Translations under genes and position numbers: made by a program
Shown here: positions 1-8,059 of the stretch, piece after piece
Layout: every line of letters starts with the position of its first letter
Numbering within the stretch: the first letter of the stretch is position 1
The notes under the pieces: model-generated
Told to the model about the DNA's origin: nothing
Databases searched by the model: none
Seen by the model: the letters and a program-made list of their open reading frames with translations, nothing else
Origin: a virus
Lineage: Duplodnaviria; Heunggongvirae; Uroviricota; Caudoviricetes
IMG/VR virus record: IMGVR_UViG_3300033144_005510
Length of the DNA: 49,580 nt
Strand: one strand, 5' to 3'

Positions 1-155
1 TCACCCTTGCGACGGAAATTTAGGTCACGTCGGCGATATGGGGAGAATAGGCTAGGCGGATGTTTCTCAGTGTCGCGGATACTACAAAGCGAACCGAAAC
101 GAAACGAATTGCCAGCATAGGGTTGTTTGTAAGATAGTAAAACCAAGTCAGTCAT
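1..155 (-). CDS. small hypothetical early protein, truncated by the window edge
   Basis: ATG at 155-153 overlaps the TGA of the upstream ORF (ATGA coupling); open to position 1 (MTDLVLLSYKQPYAGNSFRFGSLC...). Not in the supplied ORF track. Confidence 0.5.
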   Translation of the reverse strand, partial: MTDLVLLSYKQPYAGNSFRFGSLCSIRDTEKHPPSLFSPYRRRDLNFRRKG

Positions 156-295
156 GCTAATAACTCCAATTCAAGGACAAACTCTAGGTTATCTCGCTGT
201 AACTGCTCCAAGAAGTAAGCCTTAGCTTCTTCTCTTGCTTCTTTTTCAGTTGTCGCCTCGGACGCATACCCAGTATCTAAATAAACAAAGTACAC
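152..295 (-). CDS. 47-aa hypothetical early protein
   Basis: GTG start preceded by GAAAGGA SD; MYFVYLDTGYASEATTEKEAREEAKAYFLEQLQRDNLEFVLELELLA, helical and natural-looking. Confidence 0.6.
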   Translation of the reverse strand: MYFVYLDTGYASEATTEKEAREEAKAYFLEQLQRDNLEFVLELELLA

Positions 296-323
296 AATTA
301 GATCCTTTCAATTAACCAACGGT

Positions 324-488
324 TTAAAACAATTTGTAGGATTTATCCCAACGCTTAACCATAGAAGCCTTTAGCCCCTCGTGGATAACCGAGAAACACG
401 TAGCGGAATGAATCCGACCAATATAGAACGTTTTGTAATCCTGCGTGAAAAGTGAAACGCCTGAATTGTTGGTCTTGAGAATGGTCAT
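324..488 (-). CDS. 54-aa hypothetical early protein
   Basis: Start refined from 527 to ATG at 488 because GGAG SD lies just upstream and the sigma70 promoter at 516-543 overlaps the longer start. Confidence 0.6.
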   Translation of the reverse strand: MTILKTNNSGVSLFTQDYKTFYIGRIHSATCFSVIHEGLKASMVKRWDKSYKLF

Positions 489-515
489 TTTATTACTCCG
501 TTGTTGTGATACCTG

Positions 516-543
516 ATTATACCACATGGTTTCTGTATGTCAA
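516..543 (-). promoter_or_regulatory. host sigma70-type early promoter
   Basis: Minus strand reads TTGACA-16 nt-TATAAT with TGn extended -10 (tgtggTATAAT), directly upstream of SD and ATG at 488. Confidence 0.8.
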
Positions 544-680
544 TAGGTCAGCGCCAAAATAATCGAATATAATACAGAAATTCCACCGATGCAGGTAAAG
601 GTAATGGCGGGAAGAATCACAAACAACATAATCGCCCAATTGATAACGATATCCTTAACGGTCTTAACTTCGCGTAACAT
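540..680 (-). CDS. 46-aa small membrane protein
   Basis: AAAGGAG SD then ATG; MLREVKTVKDIVINWAIMLFVILPAITFTCIGGISVLYSIILALTY has a long hydrophobic stretch. Not in ORF track. Confidence 0.6.
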   Translation of the reverse strand: MLREVKTVKDIVINWAIMLFVILPAITFTCIGGISVLYSIILALTY

Positions 681-786
681 TTTGAAACTCCTTTTGTGTT
701 GTTTTGTCATATCTTAATTATCGTCGATAGGTGTGACACGTTAGGTCACTTTGCCGAATTATTTTTCAAAAATGACCAAAATAGTT

Positions 787-813
787 GTAAGTCCTTGATA
801 TAAAAGCACTTAC
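787..813. repeat. imperfect inverted repeat upstream of the early genes
   Basis: GTAAGT(787-792)...ACTTAC(808-813) with three further pairs after one mismatch. Confidence 0.5.
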
Positions 814-922
814 GACGATTCGGGGCAGGTCTGATCGTGTTTTCAAACCCGTTTTTCAGAAAAAAAACCAAAAATCACGTTTTTTGTCTTGCTAATTCAA
901 CTTCGGGGGGTTTTTTCAATAA

Positions 923-1041
923 AAAAGTGGTATGGAACTGGTTTCAGAAAACTTGGGGTGGTGCAGAATTAAACACGACCCCAGAATCGAAATGACCACT
1001 TTTCCAAATCCCCCACCCCCTCGTAACAAATGGCCACTTTT
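923..1041. promoter_or_regulatory. cluster of three AT(G)(A/G)CCACTTTT-like motifs, candidate protein-binding site
   Basis: ATGACCACTTTT at 992-1003, ATGGCCACTTTT at 1030-1041, and inverted ATACCACTTTT at 923-933. Confidence 0.45.
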
Positions 1042-1074
1042 GCCACCATCGTTACGGTTTTTTGTCTCGAAGTG

Positions 1075-1103
1075 TTGACAAAGGTCGGTTTCAAGAGTAT
1101 AGT
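1075..1103 (+). promoter_or_regulatory. host sigma70-type promoter
   Basis: TTGACA (1075-1080), 17 nt spacer, TATAGT (1098-1103). Confidence 0.75.
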
Positions 1104-1251
1104 TTGAGCAGAGCTAAGAATAATAACATTCATGCTTACGCATGGCTTACTCTCTAGCTACCGCTAGTGTTAGTTAGACCAAACCTCTGAGAAGCCACAT
1201 ACTCTATAATATATAGAAACCACTGTAACATAAAGATATAAGAGAAACTAA

Positions 1252-1422
1252 ATGTCACTATCATTACTTCACATAATTGATATCATCCTACTAAAAACAT
1301 TCTTCACACTTATATACTTGTTCTTAATAGGATTGGTAATCTACTGTGTTCTATGGTGTATCCACAAAATCTATCGCTTATCGCGCCGAAATAAATATGG
1401 CCCCCGCGAACTTAATCACTGA
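1252..1422 (+). CDS. 56-aa single-pass membrane protein
   Basis: MSLSLLHIIDIILLKTFFTLIYLFLIGLVIYCVLWCIHKIYRLSRRNKYGPRELNH: hydrophobic helix then basic tail, downstream of the 1075 promoter; SD weak. Not in ORF track. Confidence 0.5.
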   Translation: MSLSLLHIIDIILLKTFFTLIYLFLIGLVIYCVLWCIHKIYRLSRRNKYGPRELNH

Positions 1423-1431
1423 GGGCCACAT
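1389..1431 (-). terminator. intrinsic terminator
   Basis: Minus strand ATGTGGCCCTC...GGGGGCCATAT stem followed by TTATTT, after the 1469-1564 ORF. Confidence 0.65.
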
Positions 1432-1468
1432 TATCTAACCTGCTAAACAAAAGATATCGGTAAACTAC

Positions 1469-1564
1469 TTACGTTTGTCCCAGCGCCTTGAAGACCTGGG
1501 GGTGAGATAGATCACCTCCTTCCCAGTTAAACCTAAAAGAATGTAATTCACGCGAAGCGATCAT
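1469..1564 (-). CDS. 31-aa hypothetical peptide
   Basis: AGGAG SD overlapping the upstream TAG; MIASRELHSFRFNWEGGDLSHPQVFKALGQT. Confidence 0.45.
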   Translation of the reverse strand: MIASRELHSFRFNWEGGDLSHPQVFKALGQT

Positions 1565-1573
1565 ATGCATCTC

Positions 1574-1768
1574 CTATAAAGGCCATCGTGGAATGCTAGG
1601 TGATCTTCCTAGCTGTTTATGAATTTCTCGCAATTGTTCAATCCTTATCTCTATAAGATCATCAGGTTGTCTAGGAGCAACTCCGTCACGTTGAAGTACC
1701 CGAAGTCCCCGTTCTAATTTGCGATAGGTGTACTCTAATTGACGAGTACGTTGATCAGAAAAACACAC
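1574..1768 (-). CDS. 64-aa hypothetical protein
   Basis: GTG start with GGGAG SD; helical, charged sequence. Confidence 0.55.
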   Translation of the reverse strand: MCFSDQRTRQLEYTYRKLERGLRVLQRDGVAPRQPDDLIEIRIEQLREIHKQLGRSPSIPRWPL

Positions 1769-1827
1769 GTAAAAACTCCCGACCCCTTCGGGCCGTCTAC
1801 TTCCCTTGACTTAGTTTAAGATGAGCC

Positions 1828-1868
1828 AAATAAAAAAGGCTAATACCACTTTGTGAATGATACTAACC
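1828..1868 (-). terminator. intrinsic terminator
   Basis: GGTTAGTATCAT/GTGGTATTAGCC 12-bp stem (with G-U pairs) followed by TTTTTTATTT on the minus strand. Confidence 0.7.
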
Positions 1869-1912
1869 TTTTATTACATGCGTACCTTTTGTTGAGGAAC
1901 GAATACCCAGAC
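1828..1912 (-). ncRNA. candidate ~85-nt late small RNA
   Basis: Bounded by the GGTGTATAAT motif (1928-1919) and a terminator (1868-1828); the only ORF inside is ATG-TAA-TAA. Confidence 0.4.
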
Positions 1913-1918
1913 TACTAT

Positions 1919-1928
1919 ATTATACACC
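1919..1928 (-). promoter_or_regulatory. putative phage late promoter GGTGTATAAT
   Basis: Exact copy of the motif found upstream of the protease and tail tube genes. Confidence 0.6.
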
Positions 1929-1942
1929 GCCATAAATGGCTA

Positions 1943-2152
1943 TTAGACAGAAAATTTCCGTAAAGCTTTAACTTTTAGGATGTAACTTTCTGCATCGTCG
2001 ATACGTCGTAACAACTTATCACACTCAGTAACCACATGAGGGTGCTCTCCTACGCCCACAGTGCTATTTAAATAAACTTCGAGTTCAACCTCGGCTTCCT
2101 TTTTATTCGCCGTGTAGATAGCCTCTAGGGCGTCTAGAATCTTGTCTCTCAC
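1943..2152 (-). CDS. conserved small phage protein (69 aa)
   Basis: EVYLNSTVGVGEHPHVV resembles the VYL.NPVGIGEHPD motif of a common small marine phage protein (recalled, not searched). Confidence 0.7.
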   Translation of the reverse strand: MRDKILDALEAIYTANKKEAEVELEVYLNSTVGVGEHPHVVTECDKLLRRIDDAESYILKVKALRKFSV

Positions 2153-2754
2153 TCTGTACTCTCCTTCTTCTCTTGAAGATCTTTTGGTGGTGTTAAAAAT
2201 GTGGCGGGATCAGGTAAACCTCCCCAGTATGTAATCAGTGTGTTATGCAGAAGAAATTCTCCCTCGGCAAATTCGCCGTCTTTTAAATATGGGCGAGCCC
2301 AGTCTCGGCGAGCTAGGCCTGATTTAACAACATCCCACCTAACTCCGACCAAATCGGGAAACCTCCCCATCGCCTGTACCATCAGTAACTGAAACTGCTG
2401 ATCTGTTACCTTAGTGTAACCTTCTCGCATAATAATGTGATTTGAGGTAATAATGGGTTTAATATCTTTTTCGGCGATCTCTACGTTCGCGGCATTATGC
2501 ATCATACCCATTGACGTATTTAGGGTCTGGAGTTTATACTCGTGAACCAACTCCTTGCTTTCGTCGTCATAAGGTTCTACCGCGAGTGTATACTCCTTAT
2601 CCCCAACCTTATATTTGTATTCTTCTGCCTCACACCCTTGTGGGGTCATCAAGAACCCCATGAGCAACATAATGGCACTTATCTTACACCAGTTTCCTGG
2701 CTTATCAATTACGGGACATTCAAATTCTTTGTTTGTGTTAGTGGTATCGTTCAT
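2149..2754 (-). CDS. hypothetical protein with an N-proximal hydrophobic or signal-like segment
   Basis: Start refined to ATG 2754 (GGAG SD; upstream gene stops at 2757); ISAIMLLMGFLMTPQGC segment. Confidence 0.7.
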   Translation of the reverse strand: MNDTTNTNKEFECPVIDKPGNWCKISAIMLLMGFLMTPQGCEAEEYKYKVGDKEYTLAVEPYDDESKELVHEYKLQTLNTSMGMMHNAANVEIAEKDIKPIITSNHIIMREGYTKVTDQQFQLLMVQAMGRFPDLVGVRWDVVKSGLARRDWARPYLKDGEFAEGEFLLHNTLITYWGGLPDPATFLTPPKDLQEKKESTE

Positions 2755-2756
2755 CC

Positions 2757-2954
2757 TTACTCCTTCTCTTTGAATAGGGTTGGATTTGAAAAGAAAACGG
2801 AACATCCTTTACACATAAAGTGAGTTCCAAACCTAAATGAGGTTTGTTTTTTAATTTCTTTTCCTTCTTCTTCTGTTATTTTTAATGCGGGCAATGTTAC
2901 ACCACCATATCTCTGGTACGCATTGCAACCACATATTGGGCATTTCCATGTCAT
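2757..2954 (-). CDS. zinc-ribbon protein (65 aa)
   Basis: CPICG...CKGC pair of CxxC motifs; ATGA coupling to the upstream gene. Confidence 0.7.
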   Translation of the reverse strand: MTWKCPICGCNAYQRYGGVTLPALKITEEEGKEIKKQTSFRFGTHFMCKGCSVFFSNPTLFKEKE

Positions 2955-3952
2955 TCAACTAACCACCTCTGATTTTCAATCGTCCACTTAATTGTCTTTT
3001 CCAGTGAATACCAGAATTCCGTAGGATACTCATATCCCATGGCACACAACTTAGTATCCTCAAGAGCATATCTAAGATCATGTCCAGGCCGATTAGAATG
3101 GAAATCCACCATCTCATAGTCCAGGGGCTTGTCGAGAACCTTAGCCACAAATTCCGCCAACTCTAGATTTGACACTTCCTTCTGCCCAACTAAATTGTAT
3201 TTCTCTCCTTTGTAACCGTTTTCTGTAAGAAACAGAGAAGCATCAGCTACATTACGAGCATGAATATAAAATCGGGTTCCAGCTTTCTGGCGACCTGGGT
3301 AAGTGTGAATATAGATGCGTTGTCCATTTAAAACTCTTTTTATACACATTGGCAAAAATTTCTCTGGGTGTTGCCGTTCTCCAATTACATTCATGCAATT
3401 AGTAGTAATAACGGGCAATCCATAAGTACACGCGAACGATGTTCCCATCGCTTCTGCACCGCTCTTACTTGCGGAGTATGGATTCTTGGGCCAATGCCGA
3501 TCCCACTCTTGGTAAGCTGTTCCTTCTGGTGCATCTCCGAATACTTCGTCAGTAGAAAAGTTTTGCAGATATTCTAGATTGTCAATAGTCCTTGCGTAGT
3601 TTAAAAGGTTGACGGTTCCTACAACATTGTCCATCACAAAACCCATTGGGTCTTGAATACTTCGATCAACATGAGAGGAAGCCGCCAAATGGAAAATCAA
3701 GTCGGGGTTTCCAATCTGTTTTGCTAACTGGCTATTGATTTCAGCTCTCAGATCATGGTATATAAATTTAAATCTTTTTTTATATAAATTATCCTGACTA
3801 ATTACCTCATCAAGTCTGTTTAAATTTCCAGAGACATCTAGTCTGTCAAGACAAATAATTTCCAAGTCCGTATTTTTTAAAATATGTTCAATTAAATGGT
3901 GCCCAATGAATCCAGCTCCACCAGTAATTAGCGCTTTTCGCATTTCTGCCAT
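2951..3952 (-). CDS. rfbB: dTDP-glucose 4,6-dehydratase (extended SDR)
   Basis: GGAGFIG Rossmann motif, HLAASSHVDRSI, STDEVFG, YSASK catalytic YxxxK, RPGHDLRYA. Confidence 0.9.
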   Translation of the reverse strand: MAEMRKALITGGAGFIGHHLIEHILKNTDLEIICLDRLDVSGNLNRLDEVISQDNLYKKRFKFIYHDLRAEINSQLAKQIGNPDLIFHLAASSHVDRSIQDPMGFVMDNVVGTVNLLNYARTIDNLEYLQNFSTDEVFGDAPEGTAYQEWDRHWPKNPYSASKSGAEAMGTSFACTYGLPVITTNCMNVIGERQHPEKFLPMCIKRVLNGQRIYIHTYPGRQKAGTRFYIHARNVADASLFLTENGYKGEKYNLVGQKEVSNLELAEFVAKVLDKPLDYEMVDFHSNRPGHDLRYALEDTKLCAMGYEYPTEFWYSLEKTIKWTIENQRWLVE

Positions 3953-4473
3953 TCCTCTCTCGTCATTGACATTATTAATGAATCTACTCTTTTGGAATTT
4001 CTAAGAATTCTTCCTCTTAACTTTCCTTCTAAAACAAAACCGAGTTTTTCATATAGAGATTTAGCTACCTCGTTTGTATCTAAAACCTCAAGCCACACCA
4101 GATGCATATTCCTTCTAGTGAACATCTCTTCTAATATTACTTTCCATACATATCTGCCAAAACCCTTTTTTCTTTGTTTTGGGTGGATGTCTAGTCCTAC
4201 ACAGCAAGTTTGATTAATATGGTCAATTTTATCAATTCTTGCTAATCCTATAAATTCACCACAGGCACCGCTATGGTAAAGCTCAATAGATTTTTCAAAA
4301 ACCCATCTTTCAGTATCTAAGCTTTTTGTTATTTCAGAAATCCATTTTAAGCAATTTTCATGGTTAAACTTACGACAATCATGTAATCGGTCTCTAGTAG
4401 AATCGTCTTGCCTCATCTCTATGATGCTATCTACATCATTTTGATCAGCGTGTCTCCATTGGACTGTATCCAT
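3928..4473 (-). CDS. GNAT N-acetyltransferase (RimJ/RimL, PseH-like)
   Basis: LDIHPKQRKKGFG acetyl-CoA motif, LEVLDTNEVAKSLYEKLGFVLEGKLR; start taken at ATG 4473 with GAGG SD. Confidence 0.85.
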   Translation of the reverse strand: MDTVQWRHADQNDVDSIIEMRQDDSTRDRLHDCRKFNHENCLKWISEITKSLDTERWVFEKSIELYHSGACGEFIGLARIDKIDHINQTCCVGLDIHPKQRKKGFGRYVWKVILEEMFTRRNMHLVWLEVLDTNEVAKSLYEKLGFVLEGKLRGRILRNSKRVDSLIMSMTREEWQKCEKR

Positions 4474-5566
4474 TAACAACCTCTACTATTTTTTCCATAT
4501 CATGTTTGTCTAGCCACCACCCACAAGGAATGCATACCATATTATTCTCTATAGAGTCCATTAATGGCAACTTTTCTTTATATTGACTAAAACAGCTTAG
4601 TTGGTCATTTCTTGTATGCACCCAATGAGCAGATATGTTATGCTTTTTAAGGTGGTTGATAAATTCGTTTCTATGCTTCACAGATAACGTGTATAGCCAC
4701 CAAGATGGATTAGAGTCTTTATTTACAACGGGTTTTATTATAAAATCATTCCATATATTCTTGTTGTAATAATCTGCGCATTCTCTGGCTTTTTTAACCA
4801 AATAGGATAAAAATTTTAAATTCTCTAATCCTATAGCGGAAGCGATGTCATTGGTTTGAAATTTCCATCCTGGTGTTTGTATATCTTGCCCACTACGAAA
4901 ATCTTGGTCATTATCTCTATCTAATCCAAACCATCTTAATTTTCTTATTTCTTTAAAGTCTTCGTCGTTAGGAACACATAATGCTCCTCCATCACCAGTA
5001 GTTAAAGTTTTAATGGCCTGAGTGCTATAGCACTTCCAATGGTTTTTGCTTTCTTTCGGGTTTTTCTCACCTTTCCATTCGGCACCCCAAGCATGAGCGC
5101 AATCTTCAATAATATGAATATCATCAGGAATCTCTGAGCGAAGCTCATCGTAATTAATATAATTCCCTCCCCAATGAACAAGTATAATTACTTTGGTGTT
5201 ATTGGTTATTGCATTTTTTATTGATTGTATGCTAATATTATAATCTTTGTTTACATCAGCCCATTTCAACGTGTACCCGTTTGTGACAATAGGCATATTT
5301 GTAGCAGCGCATGTTAACGGGGTTGTTATTACCTCTGGGTTTTTCCAGTTGTATTTTTGTTTGAGATAATACAAAGCTAAATGAATTGCGGATGTGCAAG
5401 AATTAACTGTTGCTACACGAGGGTGATCAAGCCATTTCGATAATTTGGTTTCGTATTCGTCTGTTATTTTACCTTGTGCTATCCATCCTGAGTCTAATAT
5501 TTTTCCTACTTCATGTTTTGCACGAGGTGACATAAATACTTTAAATAACGGTATCTCGGAATTCAT
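4445..5566 (-). CDS. DegT/DnrJ/EryC1/StrS PLP-dependent sugar aminotransferase
   Basis: VNSCTSAIHLAL, PLTCAAT, VHWGG, IEDCAHAWG, STQAIKTLTTGDGG containing the PLP lysine. Confidence 0.92.
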   Translation of the reverse strand: MNSEIPLFKVFMSPRAKHEVGKILDSGWIAQGKITDEYETKLSKWLDHPRVATVNSCTSAIHLALYYLKQKYNWKNPEVITTPLTCAATNMPIVTNGYTLKWADVNKDYNISIQSIKNAITNNTKVIILVHWGGNYINYDELRSEIPDDIHIIEDCAHAWGAEWKGEKNPKESKNHWKCYSTQAIKTLTTGDGGALCVPNDEDFKEIRKLRWFGLDRDNDQDFRSGQDIQTPGWKFQTNDIASAIGLENLKFLSYLVKKARECADYYNKNIWNDFIIKPVVNKDSNPSWWLYTLSVKHRNEFINHLKKHNISAHWVHTRNDQLSCFSQYKEKLPLMDSIENNMVCIPCGWWLDKHDMEKIVEVVNGYSPMETR

Positions 5567-6476
5567 ACAGTCCTTCTATTGATTCGCATGTAATTTTTTG
5601 TTTTTTTTGTCTGCTTTGAACGTTACATAAATGTAGTTTTAAATGAACATGTAGTCCAAATAATTTATTCTGCCATTGATATAAATCAAAAACATTGTTA
5701 TACATTATTTTTTTATAAAATTTGTTTAGTTGTTGACTTTGGATATAAGCGACTGGCAACATTCCTGTAGCTGGACTTTTTTCTAAAACTATTTCTGCAA
5801 TTTCTGTTTTATGTTTTTCATCATTAGCATATTTGTGATATACATTGTGGCCAGTATCAAGCAATGCGGTTTTTTTGGAGTGAAAATGCGTTTCGTTCTG
5901 CTCTTTGCTGTATTCTTTATCTGTTTTTAATTTTAACCATTCTTGATATGTTTCTTGTGTTAGTGGTGGTAAAAAATCGAACGTTTTTACGTCTACTTTT
6001 TCCAGGTTTACAAACATGCAAAATGCGGTTGGAAAAAACATTTCTCCTTTGTTTTTTGAGTTTGGGTGCTTGTTTGGGTAAGGGGCTCCGAAGAAAGACA
6101 GGTTATTATTTTCCATATATTTAATAATATTACCAATATCTTGTAATATAAAAAAATCCGAATCTACAAATAAAACATATTTACTACAAGGATCAATGTA
6201 TTCTATTCCTTTGTTTAAAGCCCACCCGTGGTGGAAGCTATTTTTATTTACCCTTTCCCCTTCAGAATTTTGTGTTTCATTTAATTGTTCCTTTTTTATT
6301 CCTTTTATAACTTGCACGTTTTCGCCCCAGTTAACGAATTGTGGGTTAGGAGAATTTTCAATTATTACAAATTTATCTGGTATTATAGTATTACGAATTA
6401 TTTCTAAGTTCTTTAGTAATACATCTGCGCATAAAAAATTTGTTGTAATTATTGTTATTGGTTGTTTTGATGCCAT
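5541..6476 (-). CDS. putative GT-A (GT2-like) glycosyltransferase
   Basis: ITIITTNF N-terminal strand, HHGWALNKGI, YVLFVDSD DxD motif; start placed at 6476 (track start 6536 overlaps the upstream gene more heavily). Visibly AT-rich. Confidence 0.7.
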   Translation of the reverse strand: MASKQPITIITTNFLCADVLLKNLEIIRNTIIPDKFVIIENSPNPQFVNWGENVQVIKGIKKEQLNETQNSEGERVNKNSFHHGWALNKGIEYIDPCSKYVLFVDSDFFILQDIGNIIKYMENNNLSFFGAPYPNKHPNSKNKGEMFFPTAFCMFVNLEKVDVKTFDFLPPLTQETYQEWLKLKTDKEYSKEQNETHFHSKKTALLDTGHNVYHKYANDEKHKTEIAEIVLEKSPATGMLPVAYIQSQQLNKFYKKIMYNNVFDLYQWQNKLFGLHVHLKLHLCNVQSRQKKQKITCESIEGLYEFRDTVI

Positions 6477-7504
6477 TCTTCTATTGGTCTCCACATTTTT
6501 CCTTCTGTTATTTCTGATAAAGTCCAATTGCACCAAGACATTTTTCTAAACCATTCTTCTCTTTTTTCTTTGTTGATAATATTTTCAAATCCATCGTTAT
6601 TAATAATATTGTCTATACTCTTTGCTCCTAAATCATAGCAAAAGTTTTCTTTATCTAAACACACATATTTTTGTTGTCTCACAAGAGAATTGCACAAATG
6701 GTTTGTGTGCCATCCAACGCAACAGTCATAGTCTTTTAAAAAGATTTTTTTTACAGATGTAGGTGTTAGGTATTCTTTTAGTTTTTTCATCAAGTCAAAT
6801 AATCGTTTTTTATCATAATTGAACCCAGGCTTTACTTGGTTTGAGTGAAATAAATCAAAAAGGATGTCTGTCATTTTAGGATGTAAAGATAAGTGTATAT
6901 TAATTTTATCGCTTTTTTCTTCTATTTCTTTAATTGCTTTGTAACACTTATATATTTGATCATCTATTGATTCAGTATTTGACTTGTATCCAAAAATATT
7001 TTGCATAACAAACAAGACATCATTAATTTCTTTATCATGTGATTGTTTGTGATTTATATTTAAATGGTTTTCTATGAATTTCATTCTGGAAGAATCTTCT
7101 TTTAAAAGATCTGCATATTCTATACCAGAATTTTTTGGTCCATTGATAGTAATTGTCTGACAGTCGGAGTCTTCTTTTAATTCATCAAAAACTGCGGCGT
7201 CAGCATAAACAAATGGAATATTGTGAACATTGCTATCATGTGTTAACATTCTAAGGGCTGTGTGTTTGTTCACACTGTTGTAAAGATTTAACAGTTCTTG
7301 CCTATTTAAGCCTTTTGTTGAAAACCCTCTAGAATAACATGTCATAAAAAACATATCTATTTCTTTATTGTAGATTGGGTTTTTCGATTTGTTTGTCAAA
7401 TCTTCCATTGTTATATAAACAGGTTCATGCCCAGCATTTTTTATACTTGACTTAAATACAGAAGCCCATGATAAATTTTTAGTTAGACCAAAACCTATTT
7501 TCAT
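6455..7504 (-). CDS. putative GT-B glycosyltransferase / capsule-synthesis-like protein
   Basis: C-terminal half has IHLSLHPK, DYDCCVGWHTN and REEWFRKMSWCNWTLSEITEG, resembling capsule-synthesis-type phage GTs (recalled pattern). Confidence 0.6.
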   Translation of the reverse strand: MKIGFGLTKNLSWASVFKSSIKNAGHEPVYITMEDLTNKSKNPIYNKEIDMFFMTCYSRGFSTKGLNRQELLNLYNSVNKHTALRMLTHDSNVHNIPFVYADAAVFDELKEDSDCQTITINGPKNSGIEYADLLKEDSSRMKFIENHLNINHKQSHDKEINDVLFVMQNIFGYKSNTESIDDQIYKCYKAIKEIEEKSDKINIHLSLHPKMTDILFDLFHSNQVKPGFNYDKKRLFDLMKKLKEYLTPTSVKKIFLKDYDCCVGWHTNHLCNSLVRQQKYVCLDKENFCYDLGAKSIDNIINNDGFENIINKEKREEWFRKMSWCNWTLSEITEGKMWRPIEEWHQNNQ

Positions 7505-7506
7505 TT

Positions 7507-7758
7507 TTAATTTCCTTTGTTTATCGCTTTAGCTATTTCGGCTGAGTTACTTTCATTTTCTTCGGGTTTTACAACAGCACATATTCCTCGTCCACGAGCT
7601 TTTGTAATTCCAAGTTTTTGCCTTTGCTTTCTGACAGCTTGAATAGTAACTACGCGACCGCTAATTTTTGTTAAATTTGTTGCGATGTCTTTATCTTTCA
7701 TTGTTTGCGCATTTTCAATAATAAATGCTTTTTCATGTTCTTTCCAGACTTGGTTCAT
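7507..7758 (-). CDS. small HTH/Myb-like DNA-binding protein (83 aa)
   Basis: Start refined to ATG 7758 (AGGAG SD); WKEHEKAFII...DIATNL...TIQAVRKQRQKLGI helix pattern. Confidence 0.7.
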   Translation of the reverse strand: MNQVWKEHEKAFIIENAQTMKDKDIATNLTKISGRVVTIQAVRKQRQKLGITKARGRGICAVVKPEENESNSAEIAKAINKGN

Positions 7759-7837
7759 TAAATTTCTCCTATTTTTAAATTTTATACAACATTTTAAATA
7801 TAATTGGTGTATACGCATAACATTTGTCCACTTTATA

Positions 7838-7855
7838 GTGTATAATCATTATACA
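7838..7855. promoter_or_regulatory. palindromic pair of overlapping late-promoter motifs between divergent operons
   Basis: TGTATAAT-C-ATTATACA perfect inverted repeat (7839-7855); a further GGTGTATAC at 7806-7814. Confidence 0.65.
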
Positions 7856-7860
7856 TAATA

Positions 7861-7872
7861 ATGACCACTTTT
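7861..7872 (+). promoter_or_regulatory. ATGACCACTTTT motif copy (candidate operator)
   Basis: Exact 12-nt match to 992-1003 and 46973-46984. Confidence 0.45.
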
Positions 7873-7895
7873 GCATATATTGAAAGGGTAATTAA

Positions 7896-8054
7896 ATGAA
7901 AAAAGATACTTTTATCTCAACGGATATTAAAGCTAAGGCTACGGCCAAATTGTCCGAGGAAGTGTTAGATGAGCTTAATATTCCCGATCCTTCAGAAGAA
8001 GAAGCAAGGGCATTTCTCAACAGTAAAAAAGAAGACCAACCAGAGCAAAACTAA
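7896..8054 (+). CDS. 52-aa hypothetical protein
   Basis: AAAGGG SD then ATG; MKKDTFISTDIKAKATAKLSEEVLDELNIPDPSEEEARAFLNSKKEDQPEQN fills the gap before the sigma gene. Not in ORF track. Confidence 0.65.
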   Translation: MKKDTFISTDIKAKATAKLSEEVLDELNIPDPSEEEARAFLNSKKEDQPEQN

Positions 8055-8059
8055 ATCAT

